A DNA stretch of 63,284 nucleotides, filler included, from Perkinsus chesapeaki ATCC PRA-425 (taxonomy: Eukaryota; Protista; Perkinsozoa), in assembly GCA_013115145.1 (NCBI GenBank). It is 9 parts of 9 records of this genome, joined end to end, with 100 filler letters (N's around TTAATTAATTAA, not from the genome) between each part and the next. Parts side by side here need not be neighbours in the genome. Positions count along the whole stretch, not along the records: positions 1 to 27,743 come from JAAPAO010000486.1; positions 27,844 to 42,248 come from JAAPAO010000753.1; 7 more parts are not named here. One strand, 5' to 3'. Position 1 is the first letter of the stretch, and each line of letters begins with the position of its first letter. The notes under the pieces are model-generated. The model saw only the letters and a program-made list of their open reading frames with translations. It made no database searches and was not told the origin of the DNA. The position numbers were made by a program, and so were the translations under genes. Below, piece by piece: positions 14,186-27,969 of this stretch.

Positions 14186-14584
14186 GTTAGTCAACGGCAC
14201 AAAGTCGAACTTCTAATATCACGATTACATCGTATGCTCATATCGACTCTACAAAGTTGCTCTGGCACTACGTCAAGTTTATACAGTACCGGATATCCCC
14301 TTGTAATTCACAAAAGTGCAATCGATCAATATCTCACAGCCATCTCCCTTCTTACAATCTCCATGCATCCGTCGGCATAGTTGCATCAGGTGGTTGAGAG
14401 AACATCAATGCTATACCATTTTTGCTATTCTGTTCCTCAGCTAGCAAACCCGACACTTCGAAATTAGGCTTCTAAAACAACATGAAAAGTAACATAACGA
14501 TAATAAAGTATAGATTAAATTCACTACACTGCTGTGGTGGAACCCCTGGTCGATTTTTATAAAGGGTATATACACACGATATTA

Positions 14585-14606
14585 CACACTGACAGTGTGA
14601 CACTGT
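14585..14606. other. Zig-zag +14-nt scar (target CACACTGT)
   Basis: c-ACACTG-a-CAGTGT-g-ACACTG-t. Confidence 0.85.
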
Positions 14607-15899
14607 GGCATTTGTTGCTAACTAATTTCCAACACAATCGAGCAACGTACTATCTAATCACTATACTCCAGGCAATATCGATCACGCCGGGTGATTACTG
14701 TGAACTTCGAGCGTGAGAAAAGTAACCTCGATCATATGTATGTGCAAAGGTGTCGGGTGTAGATTCTGTATGGTAGGCATGTTAGAACACTGTAGGCTGT
14801 GATTTGATAGTCGGCGTCTTATCAACTTCGTGCTCTCGTTCAAAAAGTGAACGTAGATGTGCCTTTCAAATCCTTTATCTTCAAGTCTGGGTCTACACAA
14901 AACCATCAACAGATGTTTTCCAATATTGTCTTCAAGTTGCTCTCAGCGTTGCAACGTCCGCAGCTGACCTTTATAGCGAGACGGCACTCCTCAGTTATGT
15001 GGCCCAATTTGCCGCAACTGCAGCAGCGAGTATTCAAGATGGCTGGTGCCAGAGCATTGCAATTATAGGCTGAGTGACCTTCTCTCAAGCAGCGGTAGCA
15101 TTTCACGGCTAGTCTTTTTTACCTCGAGCACTACAAGGTACGTCCCTCAATGAGATTCTTAAAGTGGGAAGGGCAGGGCACAGGGCCGCAGTCAGGAACT
15201 TGTTGCCCCTCTTGGCCATCCACTAAGGCCACCGCCATACCATTGGGAGTCCTTTACATAGCCACCTCGACATAACCTTCCCTGGATCAACTTGGGATCC
15301 ACAGACGAGACAATCAAGTCACGTAGAGGCGGCAGCGCGCCGCAAAGTCTTCCCAAGTTGGGAATGCCAACGGCTAGGTTAAACAGGCTGCAGCCAACTT
15401 AATTGATCAAGTTAACTCGAAGTTAAATCGTTTCCCGAACTCTGAATACCTCAAAAGTGTTCAGGCTTCGTTTCCGCTCATCTTGCATCTCGAGTTCTTG
15501 CTATTTTCTGCTCGAAACTGTGTTTCGTGGTTTAAAGAACAAATGAAGGATTGGCGGGCTGTCGATCATTGACATGGATATAAAATCCCGAGTTACGCCG
15601 TCAGTGTGACAGTCATACCACGACCTTCAAGTGCCGAGGAGCTTTTCCGTTTCAGAAAGCCATGCCTAGTGTCAGTGACATGACTTCGACTTTGACTCTC
15701 GAAATGTTGGGGCCAAACTCGTGGCATTCATAGGGAGACAACTTCCCAAAGGAGGAAAGCCACACACTCTTCAGTGTTCATGGCAATAATAACATACCGC
15801 ATTTTTCCGTTAGTTGCATCGAAGGAAGACGTCTTATGCCCCGCTTTGAGAGATTTCATACAGTTCTAATCACCACTACCACTCACCACATCTTTCCTG

Positions 15900-17319
15900 C
15901 ATAAGCTTCTAAGGAGAAGTCTTCCACTAATTACATAGTTTATTAGAGAGCCTCAATTCGATTCGTCAAAGTACCTCTTTAGAAATCGCCTACCACACTA
16001 CCTCCTTCTCCTTCTTCTTTTCTTCCTCCTTATCCTCTGACTTTTCTCTCTTCGGGGCGGCCCTTCTAAATTCTCTACCCTTGTCGTCACCTTCATCCTT
16101 TGTTCGATCACTATACCGTCTGGTATACTGAACACAACAACAATAACAACTGAATTACACCTATCGCATAAAGCTGTATCGCGATAGGGACCATTCTATC
16201 TTAAGCATCACATTATGCAGCAGATATTACTTTGCTACTATAAAGTGCAAAAACAGTACAACATATGCAGTGCATCATATATTCCAGTATAACTAGTCCA
16301 GTGTGACTAATTGTTGCGGAGCCAGCGAAACGACAAGACTGCATGTCGAATATGGCACAGCGATTTTCTACGCGGAACGGTTTCATAGTTGTGCAAGACG
16401 CGAGGCTGTCGATCGTCTTGAACAAGATAGACTATCGAAATAAGTTGTCTCTTATTTTACTTGTCGCAAAAAAACTTGTTAATTTGAGTGAAATATTCGA
16501 AGCTTCGTTAGCTCCCCGTCAAAGTGATGATACATACAGCAGTTTCAAGTTCTATATCCATATACAAGATTCACCATAATATATTTCAACCACCATCATT
16601 CTGTGTGAATTTGTATCATAAATAAACCTCTAATAATACTCAAATAAATATAGCGAGGAGGAGGCATCAGTATAATAGTGTGTTCACGAACTTCCCCCAT
16701 TCTTTACCTCTCTATCCCTCCTCCTATCATCATCATCGACCTTATATCTCCCCCCATCTCGCCGTCTGTCCTCGCTGTCATATTCCCGCCGACGGTTCCC
16801 TCTTTCCTAAATAGGCAACTCCATTGATTCAATTGTGCAATCCTATCCAAACAAACAGAATGCTGGCCGTCTGAGCGAGTATACACACAAAGTACAAGTA
16901 TACAAGAAAAACGCCCGAGAATGATAAAACCCCCCACATTTAAAAGGGAATAAGAATGCACGTGGCTGCAAATGCACAGCGTACAACGACCCGCTAACAA
17001 GGAGCGATCTGTCTGGAGTGTCGAACCGTCTGCAATTATGTCAGGTAATCTAAGTGTAACATACCATGTTATTCTCAGTGTAGAGACAAAGGTTCACAAT
17101 TTTAACTTGATGATTCATTTGAACAAAGCGCAATTGAATCCCCTTCTATTCCCCAAAAACTACCTCTCTATCATCCCTTCTCCTTCGATCCCTTTCATCA
17201 TCTTCATACCTATCTCTTCGCCTATCATCATATTCCCTTTGATGATGCCTCTCTCTACTGCGAGACGACCGTCGATGCCTTCTATCACGGGATCTGCTAC
17301 GAGAAGCTGACCGTCCCAT
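15900..17319 (-). CDS. Multi-exon Arg/Asp/Ser-rich (RS/RD) low-complexity protein, 3' extent uncertain
   Basis: MGRSASRSRSRDRRHRRSSRSRERHHQREYDDRRRDRYEDDERDRRRRDDRE followed by a GT donor. Further RD-rich purine blocks lie at about 16700-16790 and 15980-16100. Confidence 0.55.
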
Positions 17320-17635
17320 ACAAAATAGCAATCTGGAAATTAGAAACATAATAGAACCCCCGAGTAACCGCGTCATCGAAGAATTTGGACTCGATGCACG
17401 TCACTAAAATCCATTCAAGAAGGCAGTTGAAACAGTTTTTTTACGAAAAAATAAAACTCTACGAGTACAGAAGTAAGTATACACAGTTTTGTGGAAGACC
17501 TGACGCCGAAATGATTCCCTCCATCACCCGCAGTAATTTAAAATACACATACTCAGAATCTGCCCATGTGCATCGTTACCAGAAATGAAACTCAACTCTA
17601 TATTAAAGTGAATGGAAACGTTAAACTCGATATTA

Positions 17636-19968
17636 TCACGCCCCTGCCTCCTCGTCTGCAATTGGATTCGCGTGAATAACAATTCTATCAATAATCTGAA
17701 CAAAATATATCACCACTCACCAACCTTCACAATTATTAATTTTATATACATGACTAGCTACTAAACTACTAAAAATTATTTTATTCATAAATTACTAAAA
17801 AAGTTTCTCCTGAATTTTCCACTAACAGTCCCTTGGTAGCACTGTAAATATGGAAAGTGAGTCGAACCCACTGTGAAGCTACACCGAGCAACACGTCGAT
17901 CAAGAAGTGTCCGACCATGGCATGCCTAAGGGGCATGGCATGGTTAGTGGACGGTAATTCAGTAAATATAGAAATAGTAACAAAAAGTCTACGATAGTTG
18001 CTAAGAATATGTTTCGCAGTGAATTCATATTAGAATGCAGAAAATTACAGCAAGATAGAAATATTATACACAAATGACGACTCTGAATCTCACAAAGGGG
18101 AAATTATTAAAGAATGCATAAGTACATTTATTATATCAAAATACGTTCCATTCCCTTTATGATTATTCCTCCTCCTTCCCCTTCTCCCCTATTACAATAT
18201 CCTTCGTAGGCCTATGCTTCTTCCCCACTGGGACTTGCTCTATTTTCATTAACGTATCCATGCCATCTATTAACCTTCCAAATGCTGTGTACCTAACGAC
18301 CACACGCCGTTCACATTCCAACACTAACGGGCATCATAAAAGTAATCTAATCTATGATAGACTTGATAACGTGCATGATAGTTAACTTTATAAATTATGA
18401 ATTATAATTCATCAATATGAATGATCAGTGTTAATACGTATAATTATACGCACTGTATGTTGCATAATTATGCAACTGCCTATCCCAGCTAATCCATCGA
18501 GGCTACTATGCAGCGCCTACCGAGTAAGGATTACAGTCTTTCTCCAACTACCCCATTAAGACAATTCTCAAGACACCGTAATCCAAGTCCTCCCCTTCTC
18601 CTCTCCCCAAGTATTACACTCCATTAAGATGCGGTTGCCTTCCAAACGTAATAAAGAACTGTGATCCTATCGTATCCGGACCTGCACACCTCCCATAAGC
18701 TAAGCATAATATTAAATATCCTACCATTGTTTGCAAAGCTCAGTATTCCCCTTCGATCATGCTTTACAGATGACACAAATTCATCCTTCTGTTTGCCACC
18801 TTCCCAATTCGCGCCACCTTTCCCTGTTCCCGTAGGGTCTCCTCCCTAATAAAACGCTCCGTTCTTAGACAAACTGTTAGGCTCATTTACTATGCGATAC
18901 GATAGAGCAGAAATAACTACAAATAATTTTGTTATGAGTTAATTTAATCATTCCCCGAATAATTAAAGCTTCATACTTCCTACGTATCGACCTCATTAGC
19001 ATGACAAGGTCCGTACAGCTTCCCTAGTGGCGGAATGTCGTTACCCTTTACACTCGTCTTCCTTTAAACTTCGAAAGTGACGTGCTCGAGAGGGTAAGGT
19101 AATGCACACTAGTGTCGAGGCAGGAAACGATTTGCATTGCATCGTGCTAGTCACGCGCCCTGCAATCAGGCTACATAGGGGAGCTTTGTATTTTTATAAA
19201 AAAGATGATATGATACACATAACCACCCAACGCCACTGTACTACAGTGACTATAATATACCCAACCACTCCTTACAACAGGAATGTCTGCCATTAACGTA
19301 AATTCACCGTTTCCAGTTGGGAGAAACAATACGCAAGTAGCAGTTACTTGGTTTCATCAATTGTGTACCCTTTCTAATTTTTATCGCATTCCTATTGTGA
19401 TAACAGCTTGCTCTTATAGGGCTTATGACCTACTATTATTAACATTCAATTCATCTTATTATAATAATTATTAATAATTATTAATAATATACTCATAATT
19501 ATTAACTCAATCTTCATGACCATTAAGCTAATGATATTTTGTAGTAGACAATTATTGTCATTCGGACAATATATTATTGCTAGATCATACTTAATTGAAA
19601 TACTCTTTCAATTATATTGATCCCTGTTGCGTAATCTGTAGACTGATAAATCATTATAACACGTTTAATCTTGACATTTCCTCCCTAAGTAATAATAAGC
19701 TTACATTTTTTGACCATCTCACCAAAACCAAATTTAATCAGTAAATTGACCACCCCCCCTCCCTTTATTACCTGTACCATAAATCCAGGTATTAACCTAT
19801 GAAATTTAGTGCCATCATAATACCCTGACGCTGCAAGCGCCAAGAAATTCTTACAGGCATTTGGGACCTGAAATCGGTATAAACATCATAATAAACATCA
19901 CTCATAACCTCTGAACAGAATAACTCCGCTTTCAGATCTCCCAAGTTAGTCTTTATTGTTACAGACAT
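17636..19968 (-). CDS. PPIL3: Cyclophilin-type peptidyl-prolyl isomerase, PPIL3/CYP10-like (6 exons)
   Basis: Spliced by hand: [20 protein letters not shown]|[32 protein letters not shown]|[11 protein letters not shown]...[13 protein letters not shown]|[22 protein letters not shown]|[32 protein letters not shown]|[19 protein letters not shown]. Absent from the ORF track because the exons are short. Confidence 0.92.
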
Positions 19969-20201
19969 AATTAGACAAAGGAGCGGTATGAACCTCTATG
20001 CATACGATTGCTATATCTCAGGGACTGCACAAGAACTCAAAGCTCCTCAGTGAGCTAAATGACCTACCCCTGCACCACTAACCATTAACCGTTATCACTA
20101 AACTCAACTCCAACCTCAACTTCAACAACATAAATTGGATATTAAATCCATCATCATCATCACCATGACTCACACAAAGCATAAAACACAATGTAAAATA
20201 A

Positions 20202-23200
20202 TCATCTAAAATGTTCCATAAACTTAGCCATGCTAACCCTCCCGTTCCCAGTAGGATCGAATCTTTTCAATATCGCCGCCTCCTCGGCCAAGCTAGCCTG
20301 CAGCCCATTCTCATCCAATGCCGACAGAAGTACCGAAGTATCCACAACCCCTCCTCCCAACGAGTCTAACTCCGAGAATCCCCTAAAGAAAGGAAATAGC
20401 GCGCGTCCAGCTGATCGATAAATAAACATTACCACTACATCAATTCAGCATTACTACCATCATAGCATCTCACTTGTCTACAATTACTTTTCTATGATAC
20501 TCCTATTTCTCCCAGAACCTTCGCCCTTCGATATTTTGCACCCTTAAGGTTCTCCTTCGCCATTTAACATTTTCCATGTTAATTTCTCCCTTTGAATAGC
20601 CAATCTTGAGCCCCTTCCGATACTTCACATTCTACCCTGTTTATTTCTCTAATATTTCCCTCTTCCCACTCCTCTACAATCCCTCTCCCCCCATTTACTA
20701 CATTCTCAACGCGTCCTCATTAACTGTCAACTCCTGTGCAGTCGAAGCCTCCTCAAACAATGCCAGGAATAACTTCTCTATGGCTCCACTGTACTTTTCA
20801 AGCAGGCAGCATACTTCCGATCGACTGAAATCACCATTAAAGGTCCCCGAGAGCCTCATTTACACTAGTACAAGCTTTTCGACTATTCAAGAGCCTTCAG
20901 GCCAGTGAATAATACTTGAGTAATGATACTAGTTATCGCCATATGATACGATTTAACAACCATCGTTCTCATCTTCAGCATAATGGACTTTTAACCGCAA
21001 AAGACAATTTACCGGCGAATTCACCACAAAGTCTCCTGCAGTACAGCCCATGCCGTACTGTGTAACCTAAATCTATTATCCAACCCTGACGCCTTCCATA
21101 TCACACTTTTTGATATGGAGGAAGTCCCTATTATTATATGACCCCGATCTACCAAACCGTACCAATACTTCCTTCATTCACATGACCAACGCCAAGCACT
21201 GTACCCGAATAACACTGTTATTATACAACTCACTAAACACTAGCGACTGCACCAAATACTGCTATTATAGCAGTGATTGATGAAAGTACCAAACAGCTGA
21301 GCGCTACACTGATTCCCTAGTATGCCCAATTAATATACTCGATGACTTATCTAATATATAAACCCAGGTTCGATCCCCTCCCCCTCCATTATTACTCTTC
21401 CGGATGCTCCATACCGTATTGTTCTCTAATAACAGCTGCCTTCCTCGCCTCCACCGACACTGGTAAAATCATTTCAGCAAAATCCGTAAAATTCAAAGTC
21501 CCATCATCCGGACTGTAATAATTCAAAATCACTCGACAATCGGCCACACTCATCTGAACATTAATTTCGTGGCGATTTCTCAACGGTATTACCCCAAAGC
21601 CAATATGTGCCAACGCCTGCGAAATGTCCTTGGCATTTACTATCCCTTTTCCGTCCGTATCAAACTCCGCCCACAAACTCCCAAATGAACCATCAAAACT
21701 TGAGGCGAAATCGTTACGAGCCTAAACACAAACAACTCCGCAAGAGGCTTCCTTCCAAATTTTCCAGGTTTTCGGGTTTCGAAACCCGCAACCTTCTATG
21801 ATATATCTTAAACTTCTTCAAAAGCCATCCGGTGGTGGCGTGTCTATTGCAGTCATTACTTGCAATCATCATTACTTATTATTGCTACCACTGAAGTCAA
21901 TTGTCGCCGTAACGGCTGACCTAATAATGTATTTCACAAGCTACATAAGTACGCGTATCTAACTATCTAAATCGTTGACGAATAGTCAATGTTTTGGATA
22001 TACCAAGAATACTTTTTTCGCACGAAAAATACGTTTTCGGCGTTTTCATGAAATTATGTACGAAAATGGAAGAAAGGCCATATGTTCTATAATTTTGCTG
22101 CGCGCATTTCCGGCGGCTTCACAAAAAGTTGGCAGGGCGAAAGAGAGACACATCAGTGGTATGACAACTGTAATCCATATGTTCTACTTACTCAACCGAC
22201 AAAAAGTCATTAACGGACACATAATATTGAATAAATAATAGTAAAACACATAATATTGAATAAATAATAGTAAAACACATAATATTGAATAAATAATAGT
22301 AAAACACATAATATTGAATAAATAATAGTAAAACACATAATATTGAATAAATAGTAGTAAAACACATAATATTGAATAAATAGTAGTAAAACACATAATA
22401 TTGAATAAATAGTAGTAAAACACATAATATTGAATAAATAGTAGTAAAACACATAATATTGAATAAATATNNNNNNNNNNNNNNNNNNNNNNNNNNNNNN
22501 NNNNNNNNNNNNNNNNNNNNNNNNNNNNNNNNNNNNNNNNNNNNNNNNNNNNNNNNNNNNNNNNNNNNACATAATATTGAATAAATAGTAGTAAAACACA
22601 TAATATTGAATAAATAGTAGTAAAACACATAATATTGAATAAATAGTAGTAAAACACATAATATTGAATAAATAGTAGTAAAACACATAATATTGGAGGG
22701 ATAATAGAAAAGTACGGCATTTTCTATTATTTTACACGGGCGTCCATGTTAGTTTCATAAAACATGTAAACATTATGATGACACCATCCAGCCTCCCCAA
22801 ACGTCGAGAGCCCCTCCCAACTATAACCTTATCAATCCTATTATCTCTCCTTCCAAGATCTCTAACACATCTCAATACATAAAGCACGTTCGTTGACGGA
22901 TATCCCTTTTTAGTTCGTCGCTTAATACCATTGGACTTCCGAGAGCTAGCTGAAGTGTCCCCACTGAAGCTGCTTCGGGACGTTGGTGACCGGAGAGATT
23001 TTTTAGACTCCTGAAATACCGTGATGAACTTTGATACATGTTGACCTCTTTACGCCATATACTGCTATAAACTACTTTCCGTCTACCAGATAAAATGACA
23101 TTTTTTTCTGGGCAGCACTCCCTCCACCAGACATAAGCTAACGGTATATGACTATATGGGGTTTAGTTACTCAAAGGACGCGTTAGGAATATAATTATAA

Positions 23201-26200
23201 GTTAATAATACCATCACACCTATAAAAGTTAATAATACCATCACACCTATAAAAGTTAATAATACCATCACACCTATGAAAGTTAATAATACCATCATAC
23301 TTATGAAAGTTAATAATCCACCTCCTATTGCATTATATCACCTCAATGCCTCTCCACATGCTCTTCATCTCCATGCTATCCCGAGCTGCCATACCACTCC
23401 TCATCATCATCATTGTACTCCTATTACGAGAAGAGCTCACGTTAGAGGTTAAAAAGTGGTCTCTGAACTCGGCATATGTAATCTGAAAATTAAACAGTTT
23501 TATTCAACAACTTATCCACCATCGAGCTAAAGCATTGAGGAAGCTCAACAGCATCCCGCTTGTAAAGATACGAAATAAAAATGCTCCGACTGGAAACATA
23601 AACGTCGAATGTGATTTCATTCCACCAAAGCCTTCTAATGTCCCTCTAAAACCACTGTAATTTCGACCATGAAACATCTATAAAAATCACCCCTATAATT
23701 TCGTCTATAAACTGATGTTATATCACTAATTATAAATCATCTACTACTATTACCTATCTCTCCAGGATACATATTATGCCGCACGAATATATAAGATTAA
23801 ATACGATCCAGAAACCGACAGAAGCATCGATCCCCGTCCCCCCGGTAACATGACCTTAGCATCTCCATCCCTATCAAGCCTGGAAATGACCGCTTCACAG
23901 TCTGGACATTTTACTCCCGAACGAAGGAAGGCTTGTCTTATTGAAGATACATTGAGGTACCTATAATATTGACACTCCTTCTATGTCTATATCACAGAAT
24001 CGCGTTAAAGTTATTTTTTAATTTAAGACTTATTTATCCCCATTTGAAGATAATATTCATAATGGCGATCTACATGATAGAAGAATAGCCATGAAACGGT
24101 TGAGAAATTAATATATATGAGTTTGGACTCCAAGTTGCGTAAGATATCCCCTGAAAATAATGAGCTTATTTTAACTCATTCTTTTCCTTGTGGATTTATG
24201 ATGTTATTTGAAAATATTACACTTTTATTTATGGACTGTACCATATAGGCAATAATACATACAGAGTGCAATAAGAATATGCTTTTTTAGATAACATAAT
24301 ATTATGATAACACATAATAGCTACAGTAATATCATTATAAATTATAATGTATTAATTCAGATGCGTTACATCCTCGCAGCTCTTCGATCCCGCTTACCCC
24401 AGATTGAGGAAGGAATCCAGATAGTTGAATGCATCCGAGACTGTGAAGTCCAACCTTGCCAAAAGATACTCCTTCCTGGTATTCAATTCTGTCATGTACT
24501 CAGCCTGACAGAATCACACTATAGACATGACTACCAAGTCATAACATGGACAACATGTACAAGGGTAAGAAGCGTGCAATGCGTTAGGAACCTTTTGGAT
24601 TGATTTTCACTGAGATGCAATCATCATATAGACGTACAACTTAGTATTAAAAAATAGAGAAAGTTGTCGGTGATGCCGCTGGCATAGACTGAACAAATGA
24701 GAGTCTATTCCCAAAGCTTATCTCCAAAAAGCAGCTGTACGGTGCATTATAATGCTATAATGACAATTTAGCGATTATTCAAGAGACAAGAATCATTACT
24801 TCTCAAATTGACTAAGTCAAACACTGAAATTCATATCCCGTTTATTATTACTTCCTTGGCCATTAGTCTCGCCAAACATCTGACCGTTTCATTGCCGATG
24901 TCATCATCATATCCACCTCCTACTCCACCTCCTCTCATCATACTTCTACGATTTATCGATTTCTCAACCGACACAGAGCTTCTCCATGGTAATATAAAAC
25001 GTAGGAAGTCCCTATAGTTGAGCTGTGTCAACGAACTGTGGTCATAGTGAGCAATTATGCTATTGCCTGAGAAAAAGTGGTAACAACACCAAACGTTATT
25101 GCCACACAGTACAGTTGGACTAATGCTACATAAAACTTTTATATATAATGATGAGATACTTTTGCTATAAGTCTCTAGTATAAAATAATGCCAAGCTATG
25201 ATCCTCCGCAACTCTGTAGGAATACACGTCCCACAATACACAGTATATTCGACTGAGGCAGTTATAATGATAAGATAGTAAGTTTGTATCTTTGCGCCAA
25301 GGTATGAAACGGTTGATAGATTCATATGGCGTACGAGTTATAGAGTTTGAGACTGGGAATTATTACTATATCCGGCGGTGATTATACGGTTATTGACCGC
25401 ATAATCTATATAACAGGATTTACTATACACAGGATGCCCCCCCAAAAACGTGCTTTTTGGAATAACTTTCTCAGGAGGGCGAATATTTCGGCGACACGTG
25501 TGGCGTTCAAACGCCCTTTAGAGTGACTTTCTAATGGTAGACGAGGCATGGTGATATTCGATGGGGCTGGAGAAATCTAAATTTGAAAATTCCAAATACA
25601 TCGGTTTCAATGGAAGAGGTCAGATTTTGCCTTGGCGAAATTTTTTGTATACCCTTCTGAGAAAGTTATTCAAAAAAGCACATTTTTGGGACACCCTGTA
25701 TAGAATAGAAATAATGATATATATACTCAAGATAGTTGTTAAAAGGCGTTACAGTATACACAATATAGTAAGTTATCCTTCCCCTATTAGTACTAGCACT
25801 CATTGGGAAATATTCTCCAGGATCCGTTCGTTGAATAAATTCCCATAAATCGGCCGAGTCTATCGCCCCTTTAGCGTCAGTGTCAAGATAGGCGAACAGC
25901 TTATAGGGATCGAAGTCGGGTGAAGAGCATAGCATCTCACGGAAAATGTCGATCTGAAAAACAACAAACATGGCGACTATAGCGCCCCTTCCCCGCGAAG
26001 AAGAATAAAAGAAACCAACTATGAATAGCGGCAATCTTCCTCAGCAAATCACTGTAAGTGACTTATTAGGGCAATAGGAGTATCAAATAATAATACAATT
26101 TACAATACTAAAAGGAGGTAGAATAGAAAAGCAAGAACGCGCGAAACTCCCTTTTGGTTTTTATTAAAGCCAATATATGTCGGTGACGACACATATTGTA

Positions 26201-26777
26201 TATCTCAAACATTGATATCGTGTAAAATGCTTCCAGCACAGATAATCAGACAATACCAAACTTGTCGTTTGGTTAGAATAGTACCGACCATGGTGGGCGT
26301 GAGCTGTACCGTACCAGACGTGCCCTTTGTACAGCCAGTACGACAGGGGCGCCCAAGAGCAATAACAGGCAAAGTGAGCGCTACGAAAAGCATTAAGTTA
26401 AAGACATGGCGGCAAATTTATTAGGATCCTGTATAAAGGAGTAGCCTTTATAGAATCCTGTTAGATATATTAATCCGGTGTATGTTCCCGGTTACTTAGG
26501 GGAACCCTCGAGTCAATAATAGGCAAAGTGAATCGATGGTCTTAGTAAAATCTTTGTCGACTAAATCTTCAGGATCATAAGCCTCCTAAATTACCTGTAC
26601 TTCCTTGTCGGCAACATATATCAAATATTTCATAAGTTGTCCATTAGTCCATGTTCCCATAGATCCTTTCTTAATAGGGCTATTCTCCCTGGATGATATC
26701 TCCCTCATACCATTCACTTGACGTCCACATGATTGCCTCATCGAACAGCTGTGTTGCGACCGCGAAAGAGGTGCCAT
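20202..26777 (-). CDS. Multi-exon multi-EF-hand protein (one long gene, possibly two)
   Basis: EF-hand-like loops FAYLDTDAKGAIDSADL (about 25880), ISRLDRDGDAKV (about 23870), EFDTDGKGIVNAKDI (about 21650), YYSPDDGTLNFTDF (about 21500) and RFDPTGNGRVSMAKF (about 20250), in exons bounded by GT-AG. Full exon chain not resolved. Confidence 0.72.
22217..22695. repeat. 29-bp AT-rich minisatellite spanning an N gap
   Basis: Unit AAAACACATAATATTGAATAAATA(A/G)TAGT. It generates the three spurious 158-178 aa ORFs. Confidence 0.95.
23198..23317. repeat. 27-bp tandem repeat, about 4.5 copies
   Basis: Unit AAAAGTTAATAATACCATCACACCTAT with variants in the last copies. Confidence 0.9.
25430..25698. mobile_element. 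Degenerate Tc1/mariner-type MITE (about 270 bp), intronic
   Basis: Right end ...GGGACACCCTG|TA. Left end CAGGATGCCCC...AAAAACGTGCTTTTTGGAATAACTTTCTCAGGAGGG is an imperfect inverted copy of about 45 bp. Confidence 0.7.
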
Positions 26778-27661
26778 TCAAAGGAGGAGTTGCGCTCTAC
26801 CGCAGTCTCCGCGGTTTTGCTAATTGGACTGAGCTCGAAAATTTAGCGCTCGCCATTGCAAGCGATTTATTATTCACGAGTTGTCATCAGCATCTCATTG
26901 GCAACCTTATCTGGTCCTTCATGTAGTTAATTACAGGGTCAGTGGTATCGCAATGAAACCACTATGACTGTCACGTTGACTGAAGTAGTTATACTATAAC
27001 CGTTATTGGTGTCTACACCATTACACGGTCAAATTAAAGCTCTTGTCTTTGGTGGCCGACCCTCGGCCGCGTCCTGCTCTGCGTCGGAATCATACGTTTG
27101 GGATTGTAACATTAGATTGTTTAGCATAATTCAACAGTTGGAATGGATGATAAGTAGATAATGATTGGGGGGATGATTGGTCTAGGGGCAGATATAAGGA
27201 CAACTATGAAAAGTACGTATGCACATAGGTAGACGTGCGCATAAGGGATTAGCAAGAGTGAGCAAGATAGTAATGGCTACTCGTTAGGCGAGTACATGTC
27301 CAACCAATTTAGAAACGACCGTAGATTTAAAGTCTGAGTGGTTACGATTATACGAACTCACTGAAGTGCTTGTCCGCCATTAATATTAAAACAAGTGTGA
27401 ACTCATGGGAAGCCTCCGTACCCACTTGCATAGTAATTTGTTACTATGTGCTCAAATGAAGAACGGAACGTTTTGTTGGCGCCGTGGATCTTGGCTTTAC
27501 GACTTGCTTGGTACGAAATACGTAGAGTCCTACGCAAGGCTAAGCACGGTTTGCACACAAAAGGGACAGCGCAAGATGCGTGGTGAAGCTGAGCTAATGG
27601 AGCTTAGAACAGTGCGAAGTCAACTAATAATAACAAGTTCATAAGAGTATCACTCAACAAG

Positions 27662-27743
27662 ATGGTGTGCCAACTCGGTATCAATGGTTTCGGTCGTATT
27701 GGCCGTTTGGTTTTCCGTGCTGCCATGGAGAACCCCGAAGTGA
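27662..27743 (+). CDS. GAPDH: Second GAPDH copy, first 27 codons (cut by contig end)
   Basis: ATGGTGTGCCAACTCGGTATCAATGGTTTCGGTCGT... matches the copy at 1-394 except for one synonymous change (TGC/TGT). The 5' flank differs. Confidence 0.93.
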
Positions 27744-27843
27744 NNNNNNNNNNNNNNNNNNNNNNNNNNNNNNNNNNNNNNNNNNNNTTAATTAATTAAN
27801 NNNNNNNNNNNNNNNNNNNNNNNNNNNNNNNNNNNNNNNNNNN
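27744..27843. other. Artificial contig-joining linker. Others at 42249-42348, 48886-48985, 50300-50399, 52453-52552, 54553-54652, 57462-57561 and 60874-60973.
   Basis: Each is 100 nt of N with a central TTAATTAATTAA (stops in all six frames). The plain N gaps at 22471-22568, 35660-35758 and 59078-59175 lack this core. Confidence 0.97.
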
Positions 27844-27969
27844 GTTGGCAATGGCAAGCACCTCGTCAGGGATTGAAGGGTGCTCCTTACATGATGAGGG
27901 GGAACCAACAACCACTTCTTGAATTACACAAGGGATGACCGTGCAGAAGATTGTTGTGATGGCTAACAT
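27844..27969 (-). CDS. GH19 chitinase, second tandem copy, first 42 codons only
   Basis: 4 differences in 126 nt versus 30239-30364 (3 non-synonymous, in the signal region). About 25 nt of upstream flank is also shared. Confidence 0.9.

Larger units (their letters stand above)
11880..15110 (-). mobile_element. Decayed non-LTR retrotransposon (gag-like zinc knuckles followed by eroded APE/RT remnants)
   Basis: CYRCLREGHSAYNC and CCSCGKLGHITEEC plus a third partial CxxC at 14906-15106. Downstream are eroded motifs LIDCTFVN (about 14330), LGVP (about 12290), YCDD (12106-12117) and EQFR*FG (about 11900), in APE/RT order with many stops. Boundaries approximate. Confidence 0.6.

Noticed and set aside
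22184-22720. Three long hydrophobic ORFs
   Set aside because: Stop-free reading of the 29-bp satellite plus N gap.
27788-27799. TTAATTAATTAA as a biological motif, and ORFs running through linkers
   Set aside because: Assembly linker repeated identically eight times.
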